From positions 51,958,001 through 52,022,000 of the forward strand of contig NW_024704743.1 in assembly GCF_018977255.1 (NCBI RefSeq): a DNA stretch of 64,000 bases, in the 5' to 3' direction. A program made the translations under genes and the position numbers. The notes beneath the pieces are model-generated. The model saw nothing but the letters and a program-made list of their open reading frames with translations. It was not told where the DNA came from and searched no databases. The stretch's first letter is position 1. The number at the start of each line of letters is the position of its first letter. This stretch comes from Callorhinchus milii (lineage: Eukaryota). Below are positions 51,895 to 64,000 of this stretch, one piece after another.

Positions 51895-52774
51895 CTCACT
51901 TTCTCCAACTCAACGTCAGCAAGACCGAGGCCCTCCTGATTGGCTCGTGCCAGCGCCTCCACACCTCAGGCGCTGGCAGCATCAGTCTCCACAAAGGCAC
52001 ACTCAACCTTACTAAGCCAGTAAGGAACCTGGGTATCTTGTTTGACCCTGAACTGTCCTTTCTCCACCACATCCGCACCATGACCGGCACTGCCTACCAC
52101 CACCTCCGCAATATTGCCAGACTCCGCCACTGCCTCACCCCTCAGGCTGCCGAAACCCTCACTCACCCATTCGTCACATCAAGGGTCGATTACGGGAACT
52201 CCCTCCTCATCCGCCTTCCCAACTCTTCCATTCACAAGCTGCAGATCATCCCAAACTCTACAGCTCATGTACTCTCACCCTTCAGGCTCCGTGACCCCAT
52301 CACTCCCACCCTCGCCCGACTCCACTGGCTCCCCATCCCCCAGAGGATCGAGTTCAAGATCCTCGTCCTCACTTTTAAGGCCATCCATGGCCTTGCCCCC
52401 TCCTACCTCTCTGACCTGCTAACTCCCTACTAACCTGCCCGCTCCCTCCGGTCTGCGGGATCCGGTCTGCTCCATGTCTCCCGCCCAACCCGCCCTACCA
52501 TCGGTGGTCGGGCTTTCAGCCTCTCTGCCCCCACACTCTGGAACTCCATCCCACGGTCCCTTCACCTTGCTTCCTCCATTACCTCCTTCAAGGCCGGTCT
52601 CAAGACCCTTCTCTTCGATCGTGCCTTCAGTCGCCCTCCCACCTCTCTGACTTCCCTCACCCCTACACCACCCCTCCCCCATACTCAGGCCCTGACACCT
52701 GACTGTTCAGCGCTTTGGGACGTCCTCCCGATGTGAAAGGTGCTCTATAAATGTCATTTTGTTGTTGTTATTGT
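51895..52774 (+). mobile_element. L2-clade LINE 3' fragment
   Basis: FDPELSFLHHI..FVTSRVDYGNSLL..LARLHWLPIPQRIEFKILVLTFKAIHGLAPSYLSDLL; tail gggacgtcctcccgatgtgaaaggtgct(TTG)n. Confidence 0.95.
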
Positions 52775-55303
52775 TCCAATGTGACTTTTTTTAACATGCA
52801 GTTCAGTATTGCTGGACTTTCCACAAAGAACTGAGCCAGAAAGCAAAATTAATTCTTATGTTTTGATCCTGTTTCTTAAAAAAAATCCAAACATGTTCAG
52901 GTCCAGAACAAATATAAAAAGCTATGCAACGTTGTCATTGATTTATGAAATTACCACAACTGAGTAGACATAAATAAACAGAAGACACTGGCAATGCAAG
53001 AGGGTTGTGTTGTGTCATTTCCGCCTACATAAAGGTTTCAGGTTCAAATCCCAGGGTCCCAGAGTTGCAAAGAGCTTACATCATTTTCTATATCAAATAA
53101 GATGATGCTTTTATTCACAGCTGTGTTCATGAATTAGAAGTAAATAGTTCCTAACATTATGTCTGCCCAGATGTTTTACCACTAATTGTTATTTTTTGCA
53201 GACAACGCTTGCTTCATTTATGTTTATCCTTGACAAATGTGATGTGTCAAAACTTTCCACATACATTGTGAAATGTCACCTGCTATTCAGTGGATCTATG
53301 TTGTAGACAGAAATGGTTGTGGGAACTATGGGACAAAGTTTGCAGAGTTCCTAAATGCACTCTGCTCTTTGATTACTGCCAGCTTAAAGTTTAGGAATGC
53401 AATGAAGTTGGGATCAAGTTATTGCAATTGTATTACTCTTGTTGGCCATGAGTGGCAGTATCCCACCCTCTCCTTGTGAACATTCCTTCAATCACAGAAT
53501 GTGTGGAATGAAATCTGCTATTGAGTCTGTGCTGCATGGTTTGTGGAAGGAGTAGACTTAATGGGCCAAATGGCCATTTACTGTTCTGTGTCTTTGTATA
53601 GTCTAATATCTTAGTGTTTTTGCAAATCAGATATTGTGACTGTTCTATAGATGATTTATCTGTTTCCAGATGAATTCCATCACACCCAGTTCAGACCAAC
53701 TCAAACTCATGTTATGGATTTGCCATGCATCTCTATAAAGTTGGCTTACCGTTTCTGATTAAGATCCTTGTAAACCCAAATTTAGCAATAAATCAGTAGT
53801 ACAACTTCTTCAGATAGAACTGTCAAATTTGTGTGCTTCTCCTGGACTCAATGCTGTTTGCCATTCAATGCACAAGGGTTTCATTACTGCTTGACTGGAC
53901 TGTATGTACAAATCAGTCAATCCATCTCTAGGCCAGGAGAATACTTGTCCAGTCTTAAATGATAGTAAAGACTGGTAGGGATAAAAAAAAGCACATATTT
54001 TTCTGGCTCCAGAAGAACAAAGGATGGAAAGTATTTATAAGGTGAGAAAGCAGGAAAACTAGAAATCATATGAACAAGAGAATTTTAGAAATCATCCAAA
54101 TGCATGCTCTCATTGTCTAAAAATGGGAGAGTAAAAGATAAGAAGACTGCAACTTGTTCTTTATTAGGACATTCACTCAAATTAACATTGATTCCAGCAA
54201 GAGAAGAAAACAGCCAGACAAAATGCTTCCATAATCTAGTCTTGTCATCCACCCAAAAATGTTTAAAATTGCAAATATTAAGAAAAATAATTATTCACTT
54301 ATGGTTCAGCAGTAAATAAAAAATTACATTTATGTAACTCCTTTCACATTAGGAGGATGTCCCAAAGTGCTGGCTCCTCTCTAACCTCACTAACTTCACT
54401 AACCAAAATATAGTTTTAAGACCAGGAAAATTGCAGAACCTCACAGTGCTCATATTCCTGCTTCTATGAATAATTTTGTGTCCTAGAATCATATCTAAGT
54501 CAATAATTGTGAAAACATCTAAGCACATGGCACTCAATATAGAGCTGGATGCAATCAGTTCAACAGACCTTATCACCAAACAAACAAAACAAAAAATAGC
54601 GGTAGACGGACAACATTTTCAAATTAGTGTTAACTTTCCTTTGCCCTGCTAGTGGTCTTGCTTTCTTGATTTAATTTACTGTACCCTTACTTCAACAATA
54701 GTCTTTTCAGTTAAAAGTGTTATGACAGGGCTTGGATTTGTTATGACAATTTGTTCAGTGGCCAGTGAGCAGGATTTCTTCCTTGGAAAAACATTGACAT
54801 CAAACGATATGCAACCATGCAAGAAACAAAGAAGAGTCTGTTGACACAGCCCTCCTGCTGTAAAGTTTTGAGCAAAACAATGATGGATTTTACTGTTTGG
54901 AGCTTTATTGTGGAAGTGAGTGTAATGCATCATCAACAGCACCTCATTTTCATGGCAATAATAATATATGTCCCCACTTAGCTCAAAAAGTAGGTCTGTT
55001 TGCTTCACAATCTCATTCACCCTGATCCTGCATGCAAGTGTTCAAGGTGGTGAGTGCTTGTTTTGTACTGCCCATCAATATACTACTGGAGCATAGATTA
55101 TTTGATAAAGGGCCCTTGATTTCAGATATAAAGATCAACTTGATCGTAATTTGGTTACTAATTTTTTTTACTTCCTTTTCCTTTCTTTTTATCATACAGT
55201 AAAACATTTGTTATTTGTCAACCTATAATAAATCTTTTTGGGAAATCTCTGCATTCTCTGGTGTTAGTCCACTTATCATTGCTTTCATTGACATGAAGAG
55301 TTT

Positions 55304-55625
55304 GTGGAGTCCTGTAGCTCAGTGGTTAGAGCACTCGCTTTGCAAGTGAGAGACCTGAGTTCAATTCCAGGCAGGGCGAAACCTTGGGCAAGTTTCCTTA
55401 CTCCACACACCTAATAATAATCCCTCCAAAACCAAAAACAATAATAAATTGGTCATTTTCAATCTGCGACTGTTTGTGGGACATTGCTGTGCGCAATTGG
55501 CTGCCGCGTTCGCCCACAAATATACAGTGAATTCACTTTATAATGTGTTCTGTGAAGTGCTTTGGGACGTCCTCCTGACGTGAAAAGCGCTATATCAAAT
55601 GCAAGGATTATTATTATTATTATTA
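55304..55625 (+). mobile_element. tRNA-Ala-like Deu-domain SINE, type B variant with L2-matching 3' loop
   Basis: Shares ctcgctttgcaagtgagagacctgagttc and gggacgtcctcc with 26136-26462. Confidence 0.95.
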
Positions 55626-55832
55626 AGAAGGGAGTTTCTTCTGGTCTCCTGCCCAACAATTCCCAAATAAAATTAGTCATTGGCTTCATGGCTGTTAGTG
55701 GGATATTGCTGTGCACAAATTGACTGCCGTGTGCATTTAAGTCACTAGACTTAACAGTAAATCTTCTGAAGCACTTTGAGACATTTCAAGACATGATGAG
55801 GAGCTAAATCAGATCCATGTTTATATTATTAT
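55626..55832 (+). mobile_element. Type C SINE 3' half
   Basis: gaagggagtttct..aacaattcccaaataaaatt..gctgtgcacaaattgactgcc. Confidence 0.8.
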
Positions 55833-56494
55833 CTGTACATTAACTCCCACCTGGATTTTACATTAGCCCTTTGGCACACAATATTTGCTTTAAATATTTA
55901 AAAATGAATCAACACAGCATTTTCTGTCTGGACGCTATAAAAGATTGAGCTGGAAGTGCATACTTTTTGGGGTAGGTGGAAAAGAGAATTTAGAAGCAAA
56001 TTCAAGCTAAATAATAATTAAATTTCTGTTTAATTGGTGAAATTGTGTCCCAACTTGGCACAAGTTCAAATAATTCAACCTATGAAATGTTCTTCCCTAA
56101 AAACTTGATAAGCATTGTATAAAGTGGGAAAGGATGTAAGGAGAAAAACTAAAGCAGGAGGAATAATATTTGATATATAAATCTCACAGGTGAACCTAAG
56201 ACTGGTTTGCTTCTCTCCTTGTCCCAAGTGCACAATGATGCACCAGTACCTTGTTAATTGGCTTCAGAAATGGATGACAATGCACATCAATGCAAAGTGG
56301 TTTCTGGCATTGGTTTCAAAAGATCAAAAGAAGTGGGAATCTTGCAATACTCATACTAATCTATTTTACTTATTACCAGTAGATCAAAAATGAAATTGCG
56401 TGGTGTAATCAAAATGGTTGTGTCAGTGTACTGAACAGAAAATTGCTGGTCTGTGAGGGCCAGTGAACCCTTAATACCAAGGCCAATAATTATA

Positions 56495-56790
56495 AATAAT
56501 CCTTGCATTTAATATAGAGACCCGTCACATTGTTAAGATATCTCAAAGTAGTGTGACTGTGTGCATTTTGTGAGTGAACCAACAGACCATGGCTGTTTGT
56601 GGGACATTGCTGTGTGCAAATTAGTTATCGCGTTCTATCCAAATAGTCTGTCATTCTGGCTAGCCAAGCAACCAATTTTATTTGGGGGGATTGGATGCCA
56701 GGACACAGGCAGAAACTTCCTTCGCCTTTCGAGTAGTGGCATGGAATGTTCAACGGCAACCAGAACAGACAGATTTGACCTCGATTCCAA
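56495..56790 (-). mobile_element. Type C SINE with its Deu core inverted in place
   Basis: Minus-strand tail and body flank a plus-oriented core at 56588-56635. Confidence 0.7.
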
Positions 56791-56951
56791 TCTCTAATTG
56801 ATTTAAACCATAGCCAATCACCCAATCAAACCTCTTACAGATGTTAAGCGGTCCACAGCTGCATGGCTGTTCATCCAATAAACCAAATGGGAGTGAATAT
56901 TTATATATAGATACAGAGAATGGAAGATTTGAATAAGGACCACATATATGG

Positions 56952-57095
56952 TTAATAATACTGGCAACATAATTTTGTTCAGGCATTTTAGGTCATTACC
57001 AGTCCTGAGGTTCTCATTACCAGCTCATGTGAACAACTACCTAAGGGCCAGTAATGACCGAAATGCCCTCCAAAATGATGTTATTGCTATATTAA
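56952..57095. repeat. Imperfect long palindrome
   Basis: aacataattttg..ggcattttaggtcattaccagtcctgaggt pairs with acctaagggccagtaatgaccgaaatgcc..caaaatgatgtt. Confidence 0.75.
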
Positions 57096-57824
57096 TGATT
57101 AATAAGGGTTAAATATAAAAACACAAAGATGGCGTCTTGTCATTTTATAGAGAAAATTGGTTACATCTCAGAGTCAACTATCCAGAGGTTAAAGTCACTG
57201 CTTCTCAATTTGAGGTAATTCAAACTTTGATATTGTTTAACCATAAATTACTGAAATCATATTCCTTTACCTACATTTATCCAACGAAAGATGATTTGGG
57301 AAAGAGTGCCTCTCTCTCAGGTCTTGGCTTATGAAAGGATGAATGAAAAGGTTAGCTCTGCAGATCAATCATTAATAGTAGGCACCATTGCAACTCAGGA
57401 CCCGGAAGCTCATTGTGACATTGGCGTCCGTTTGAATGCCACAGCCTGATTGTCTAGCCACTGGGCCAAAAATAAAGTCACTTAAACAAGCACTTAAACA
57501 AGTTTTTTTGTCATAAATAAAATATAACTTCCCATAAAAAGGGATGGCTTTTATTAAACTAACATGTTTACACAACAAAGATGTTGAAATGCCAGAGATC
57601 ACCTCTTTACCTTGTGCAGGTATAGTTAAAAAAAAATGGGTTTTCCTAAATCCACTGCATTTTATACGATTCATGCTGTGTTTATGGAGGATACTTCACA
57701 GGTGACATTAGTGTATTTAACAAGTGAGAAAAGCCACTGAGTTGGGAGTGCTATTGAAGCAAATAACTTCTAACGTTTTCATACGTATCAAATTTCAAGT
57801 GCATCCTTAAATAAACTATAAAAT

Positions 57825-58030
57825 TTCTCTATCCTGGCCAGCGATCCTCTAGACAAATTGGCCATTCACCTTCAGTGGCTGTTCTTGGAATCTTACTGTG
57901 TGCAAATTGGCTGTCACATTTGTGGAGAAATACACAGTAACTACAATTGACAAAAATGACCAACAAAGCACTTTGAGACATTTCAACTTTACCAGGCACA
58001 TTATCAAATACAAAGATTATTATCATTATC
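57825..58030 (+). mobile_element. Deu-domain SINE 3' half
   Basis: ctgtgtgcaaattggctgtcacattt..aagcactttgagacatt..atcaaatacaaagattattat. Confidence 0.75.
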
Positions 58031-58386
58031 TCAGCATTTTTCCCATTTCCTTTGGTTCAAATGGCTCTTTACGAAACAGATGAATGTTCACTGTGTGTTG
58101 CTACAAATCATTAAGAGGATGACTTTTTTTTAATAGAACAGAAAAAAGTGTATTTAAAGAGTTTTTGTGAAAAAGCACTAATGGAATTGTATGAACATCA
58201 AGCCATTCTCAAATGCTATTTGTGTAATTGTAATTTTGGTTGTGTTAATGAGAAAGCATTAGACACTGATGATACATCTGCATCTAATGAGAGAGTTGCA
58301 CCAAATAAAATGGAAAAAACGCTGAGATAATAATCCTTGCATTTGTAATAGTCCCTAAAATGTCAAGCTCTCAGTTGCACTGTGTG

Positions 58387-58463
<77 letters not shown>
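58387..58463. repeat. (ATT)~25 microsatellite inside a minus-strand SINE (~58328-58655)
   Basis: Uninterrupted ATT run of about 77 bp. Confidence 0.95.
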
Positions 58464-60417
58464 CTGAAAGCAAACTATTATTACTAAATGCAAAGATTAT
58501 TTTTATCTGAAAGCAAAGGCAGCAGTCAATTTGTACACAGCAAGATCAAACCGCAGATATGAATCAAATAATCAATTTGCTGGCCAGGATACTAGAAAGA
58601 ACTAGGAGGAACTCCCTTCTATTTTTGAATAGGGTTGTGGGATCTTTAATGTTCTTGCGGATTTCAAAGTGGAAATAGCTGAATAACATATTCAGACAAG
58701 ATTTTGTATGTCTTGTTGGACCTGATATTAGGATATTTTTAGTAGGGAAAATGTGCCCTGCTTTCCCCTAACCCCACATACTTATGATTTGTCTTTGCCT
58801 TGACCTCTTGGCAATTTTACATAGAATCACAATAATCTTTGCATTAAATTTAGTGCCTTATCATGTTATCGAAATGTCTCAAAAGTGCTTTATAGAAATT
58901 TACTGTAAAGTGTAGTGGTTGTGTATATGTAGGTGAACATTTACGTAGGGGGAGTGGGGTTAATTTGCCAGATTTAGAAATCTGGAATACCTTTTCAGAC
59001 TTTCCATCCCTTATTGAAATATTATATCGCAAATTAGACCTTGATGCATGATATAATGTTTCCTGCAGTTTACAGTGTTCGTAAAATATTATATAGGAAA
59101 TAGTTCTAATGAATGGATTTCCCATTCTAAATGCATTATTAAAGTAAACTGAACAACTGTGATATGGTTTTCACCTAATTTTCTGAGTAATCCACTAAAA
59201 GAAAGCTCTGATAGTAATAGCATACATCATAGGTGATCAGGGTTCTGTACACTTCCAGTTCCTTTGTCATTGCAATCGTCATTATTTTTACTGGCATTTG
59301 CTGCCTTTACTGTGTCAGTAGCTCAATGTTAAACAAAATGTAACATTATTTGTCTGAAGATAAAACCATGGACCACAAGAACAACAAACATGTTTAAGGT
59401 AGTAATTCAATCTTGAGTTCTGCTGTTCATAAAGTGCTTGAGCTTCACTCTCTTGGTTTGTGATGACGTTGTGCCTGTGTGATTGAATTACTGCCTTGTT
59501 CCTCGCTGCACCCTCTTTATAATCCCATACAAATTTTTCATGGGTGAAATTAGTGTTTGTGCTAGCAAAATAATTTTCTTGCTGTTATTTTAGCTGATAG
59601 CAGAATAGATTGGAGTTCTTCACTGTGGCAGAGAACAGTGGAGCATTCACTACCATTGAAGAATCGTATTTTCTATTTACAGTCAAACAGGTTAAAGAAA
59701 CCACCTGCTGTCAAAAAACACCTTTGAATAGTTATGACCGATTTTCCATAATAAACCACCTCTATTCAGAAATCACCTGTCTGATGCAGTCACTCTTTTT
59801 TTTAGCCATGTCGGTGTACAAACAGCCTTTTTTACATGTCAGTTCTAAGTAAATTTAAGTGTTTACTGATAATGCATTACCAATTTCTGCAGACCAACAT
59901 GGTCTGCTAGATTCCTAGCACATTTACCAATTTTGCCCTGAGCAGCCCATGTGATGCCCACGGCTGCGCACCTCACTTGTGAGGTAGGGTTGATAAATGC
60001 GCTTTAGTCCAGAGAGTCTACACGTGAGCCTGGTCAACGAACGAACAAACCTTTACTCAGAGGTCACCCTTATGGCCATTCAGGTCCAGTGCCCTGAGTG
60101 GTTGCTGAAAGACGTCTCAATCTTAACAGATTTCACTGTATGTCATGTTGGATATAAAGCTTTATATATAAATCTTGAAGCAGTGGGTTAAAACATCAAT
60201 GCAAAAGGTTATCAGAATATTACAGACTTTGCCACAAATAACCATTGGAAGCTGAGACCATAAGAACATTTAAAAGGGAACTGGGATAAATATCTGAAGA
60301 AGAAAAATATTAAAAGGGGTTAGGAAAGAGTAGGGAATCTGGATTAGTCAAAATCGCTCCAGTGGATGAGTTAGCACCAGCAAAATCTCCTTGCTGATAC
60401 AATGCCGCAACATGTTG

Positions 60418-60820
60418 TCAAGAAGTCTCAAAGCGATTCACAGGATATATTCTAAGATGGTGTGACTGTGTGTATTTTGTGGGAAATTGTGGCAGCCAAC
60501 TTGCACACAGCAATGTCCCACAAACAGCCATGGAAGGAGTGACCAATTTTATTTGGGAGATTGTTGGCCAGGATCCCAGGAGAAACTCCCTTCTCTTTTC
60601 AAATAGTGCCTTGGGATTTTTAATGTCCACCTGGACAGACAGACAGGACCTTAGTTTAACATCTCATCCAAAGGACGACACCTCCGGCAATGTATCATAG
60701 CCCAACACTGTACTGGAGTGTCAGTCTAGAATGTGTTGGTTCCAAGTTCTGTTGTGGGGCTTAAACCCACAACCTTCTGACTCAGAGGCAAGAAAGAGTG
60801 TTACCAACTGAACCAGACTT
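60418..60820 (-). mobile_element. Deu-domain SINE type C
   Basis: ggcagccaacttgcacacagcaatgtcccacaaacagcc core; head aacccacaaccttctgactcagaggc..gtgttaccaactgaacc. Confidence 0.9.
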
Positions 60821-61560
60821 TTAATTCTATCAAACACATCTCTTAATTCTATTAAAATCTTTTTGTAACCATGTACAGTGGTGGCATACTGTACTCCTGC
60901 CCTTATTAGGATGAAACACATCCATTGTTGTGGGGCTGCATATTACCGCTGGCGGTGTCTCCATGTTTAGCCACACCGACGAAGAAACAGGATAAGTAGG
61001 CAGTGGATCTTTACTACTTCCCTGTTCCCCTTAGCAGCTAGTAGCTTTCCAAGATCCCAAACGGCTTTTCTCGATCAACATCACTTGGGAACAGGGAGAA
61101 GAATGGCAGCTGTGAGTGTTGCATTTTATCTGTTACGACTGAGTCATAAACATTAGCTTCAGTCAGTGGTGGCACTACTCCCGGCCTCTGCCAACATGAA
61201 AGTCTCTTGTGTGTAGTACAGCACATGTGAGCTGTCTGAAAGAGCTTAGCGCATTAAGCAGCATAATGCAGTTGGGAAATTGCACATTAAAATGCAAATG
61301 CAGTGAATGTCCCAATTATGGTGCAAACAGAAGTAACCAGATGCAGGTTTCAGAACTGCCATGTGCAGAAACCAGTCTTCCAATGCTGCCATGTCTAGAA
61401 CCAGCCTAATGTTGGTTCCATACTCAATAAGATAATAAATGAAGCATTCCTAGCACAATTGCCCTTGGTCACAAAGTTACATGTGATTGAAGAAAAGTCC
61501 TATTATTTCCTTTATATATTGTTGGAACTATTCACTCAGCAGATAGAGGATTATGAACGG

Positions 61561-62175
61561 AACAACAACAACTTGCATTTATGTAGCATTCTTCACGGAG
61601 GGGACATGTGATGAACAAGAGGCCAGAGCCAGTCAAGCGGAGGCAGTGGGGTGCAGTGGAGGGTAAAGCAGGTCGGTTAGGTAAGGAGGTGCAAGAGCGT
61701 GAACTGAGATGCAAATGAATGAGCGGATCTTGAAATCGATCCGTTTGGTGATTGGGAGCCAGTGGCACCTGTCAAGAACTGTTGTGAAGGAGATACATAG
61801 TTTTTTGCAGGAGAATATCTGGGCAGCAGAGTTTTTAATTAATTGCATTCTGTGAATGGTGGAGCTGGGGAGACAAGCAAAGAAGGCATTGGAATAGTCC
61901 AGCCAGGAAGTGACGAAGGTTTCAGCTGCATATGTTATGAGGTATGAACGGAGGCAAGTAATGTGGCGGAGGTGGAAAAAAGTGTTCCTGGTCAGGGAAA
62001 GGATGTATGGTAGAAAGGAAAGCTGGGGATCGAACCTGACGCCTAGGTTATGCACGGGTTTGGAGAGTCTGAGAGAGAGCCTGGGGAGGTTGAGGAGTTC
62101 AGACCCACAGGAGGGAGAACATTGATGAGAGGCAAAGAATATGCCGACAGAAGTAGATTTGGGTGTCATCTGCAT
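61561..62175 (-). mobile_element. L2-clade LINE fragment with internal deletions
   Basis: Minus ORF VHNLGVRFDPQLSF..FVTSWLDYSNAF..HWLPITKRIDFKI; (AAC)n tail. Confidence 0.95.
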
Positions 62176-62194
62176 AGATGTGGAAGCTTCCTTG

Positions 62195-63963
62195 GATCCA
62201 AAATCAAGGGAGTCCGCTCCGCGGTCACTTCCCCTTCAACTTCCACCCATCCCCCACCCCTTCCCTCCCACACTCCGACTCCTACCCATCCTCCCCAACA
62301 CACCTTCGAACCCGTTTCCCCACCCTCTGTCACCAACCTCATCCTGTCCCTGATACCCACCACCTGCTCCCTTGACTCCATCTCCACTCCACTCCGTATC
62401 TCCCAGCTCCACCTCCTTGCCCCACTTCTCACAGACATCATCAACCTATCCCTCTCCTCTGGCTCTGTTCCCATTCCCCTAAAAACTGCCACCATCACTC
62501 CCACTTTGAAAAAACTCTCCCTTGATGCGTCGCAGCTATCAAGCTACCGGCCCATCTCCAACCTCCCCTGTCCAAGGTCCTTGAAAGAGTTGTCGCCTCC
62601 CAGCTGCGCTCTTTCCTCTCCACCCATTCATTATTCGAACCCCTTCAGTCGGGTTTCCGTGCCACCCATAGCACAGAAACTGCCCTGGTTAAGGTCACTA
62701 ATGACATCTTGACCATCTGCGACCAGGGCTCCCCTCTGCCTCCTCATCCTCCTCGATCTATCGGCCGCATTCGATACGGTCGACCATGCTATCCTCCTCC
62801 ACCGCTTGTCCTCCCACCTCAACCTTCAAGGCCCTGTCCTTGAGTGGTTTAGGTCCTACCTCTCTCACCATCTTCATTTTGTTTCCACAAATGGCTTTTC
62901 CTCCAGCCCCCGCACTGCCTCGTACGGTGTCCCTCAGGGCTCTGTCCTCGGTCCCCTCCTCTTCACCCTCTATATGCTCCCCCTTGGTGACATCATCCGC
63001 AGACATGGGGTTAACTTCCACATGTATGCGGATGACTCCCAACTCCACCTTTCCTCTTCTGCCCTCAACTCCACAACCACCGATGTCCTGACAGCTGCCT
63101 GTCTGACATCGAGTCCTGGACGAGAGATAACTTTCTCCAGCTTAACGTGCGCAAAACTGAGGCCCTCCTGATTGGCTCACGTCAGAGCCTCCGCACCTCA
63201 AGCGCTGACAGCATCAGCATCCAAGGCTGCACTCTCCACCTCTCAAAGCCGTCAGGAACCTCGGGGTTCTGTTCGATCCTGAGCTGTCCTTTCTTCCTCA
63301 TATCTGCGCCACAACTGGCACCGCCTTCCATCACCTCTGGAATATCACCAAACTACGGCACTACCTCACCCTTCACGCTGCTGAAACACTGGTCCACGCT
63401 TTTATCACCTCAAGGCTGGACTATGGGAACTCTCTCCTCGCCGGCCTTCCCGGCACTTCCCTCCACAAGCTGCAGGTCATTCAGAACTCTGCAGCTCATG
63501 TACTGTCCCGCACCAGGCTCCGGGACCACATCACTCCCACCCTCGCTCGCCTCCACTGGCTCCCCATCCCCCAGAGGATCGAATTCAAGATCCTCATCCT
63601 CACCTATAAGGCCATTCACAGCCTTGCCCCTCCTACCTCTCCGACCTACTATCTCCCTACGTACCTGCCCGTACCCTCCATTCCTCTGGCTCCGGTCTGC
63701 TCCACATCCCCCGCCTTAACCGCCCTACCATCGGTGGCCGGGCCTTCAGCCTCTCAGGCCCTAGATCTGGAACTCCATCCCCAGTGCCTTCGCCTTGCTT
63801 CCTCCTTCAAGCAACGCCCTACCCCCTCCACGCTCCCTCCCTTTCCTCCCCTCACCCTGACCATTTCCCCCCTGCTCGGGTCCCGACCCAACTGTCCAGC
63901 GCCTTGGGACGTCCTCCCGACGTGAAAGGTGCTCTATAAATGAAATCTTGTTGTTGTTGTTGT
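62195..63963 (+). mobile_element. L2-clade LINE, 5'-truncated, RT domain pseudogene (longest copy)
   Basis: [69 protein letters not shown]; frameshifts; 3' stem-loop and (TTG)n tail. Confidence 0.97.
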
Positions 63964-64000
63964 CCCACTAAGGTTGATGAGGGAAGAAAGTTGGTGGAGG

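Noticed and set aside
62050..63925. Overlapping long ORFs as an intact LINE or host gene
   Set aside because: L2 motifs are spread over several frames (frameshifts); alternate-frame ORFs reflect C-rich composition
1..64000. CRISPR array, operon or other prokaryotic system
   Set aside because: Sequence is vertebrate repeat-rich non-coding DNA; recurring motifs are dispersed SINE/LINE ends, not regularly spaced repeats with unique spacers

Overview
Non-coding vertebrate DNA, very probably from a cartilaginous fish; the repeat content suggests a chimaera/elephant-shark-like genome (inference from repeat families recalled from memory, not searched). I found no intact gene and no recognisable host exon. 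Every ORF with a recognisable product is a decayed fragment of L2- or CR1-clade LINE ORF2. The window looks like a large intron or gene desert. It holds many 5'-truncated L2 and CR1 copies, at least three types of tRNA-derived Deu-domain SINE, LF-SINE-like and AmnSINE2-like relics, a Tigger/pogo-type MITE and a Penelope-like insert. A largely repeat-free block at about 37-40.5 kb has the look of conserved enhancers. The most notable observations are: a perfect 120-bp inverted copy linking two inverted SINEs (templated insertion); a second inverted SINE pair sharing private variants; and SINE subfamilies whose 3' stem-loop matches one of two co-resident L2 families. I cannot support a claim of a new biological system. 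Most element boundaries are approximate (about 10-30 bp).
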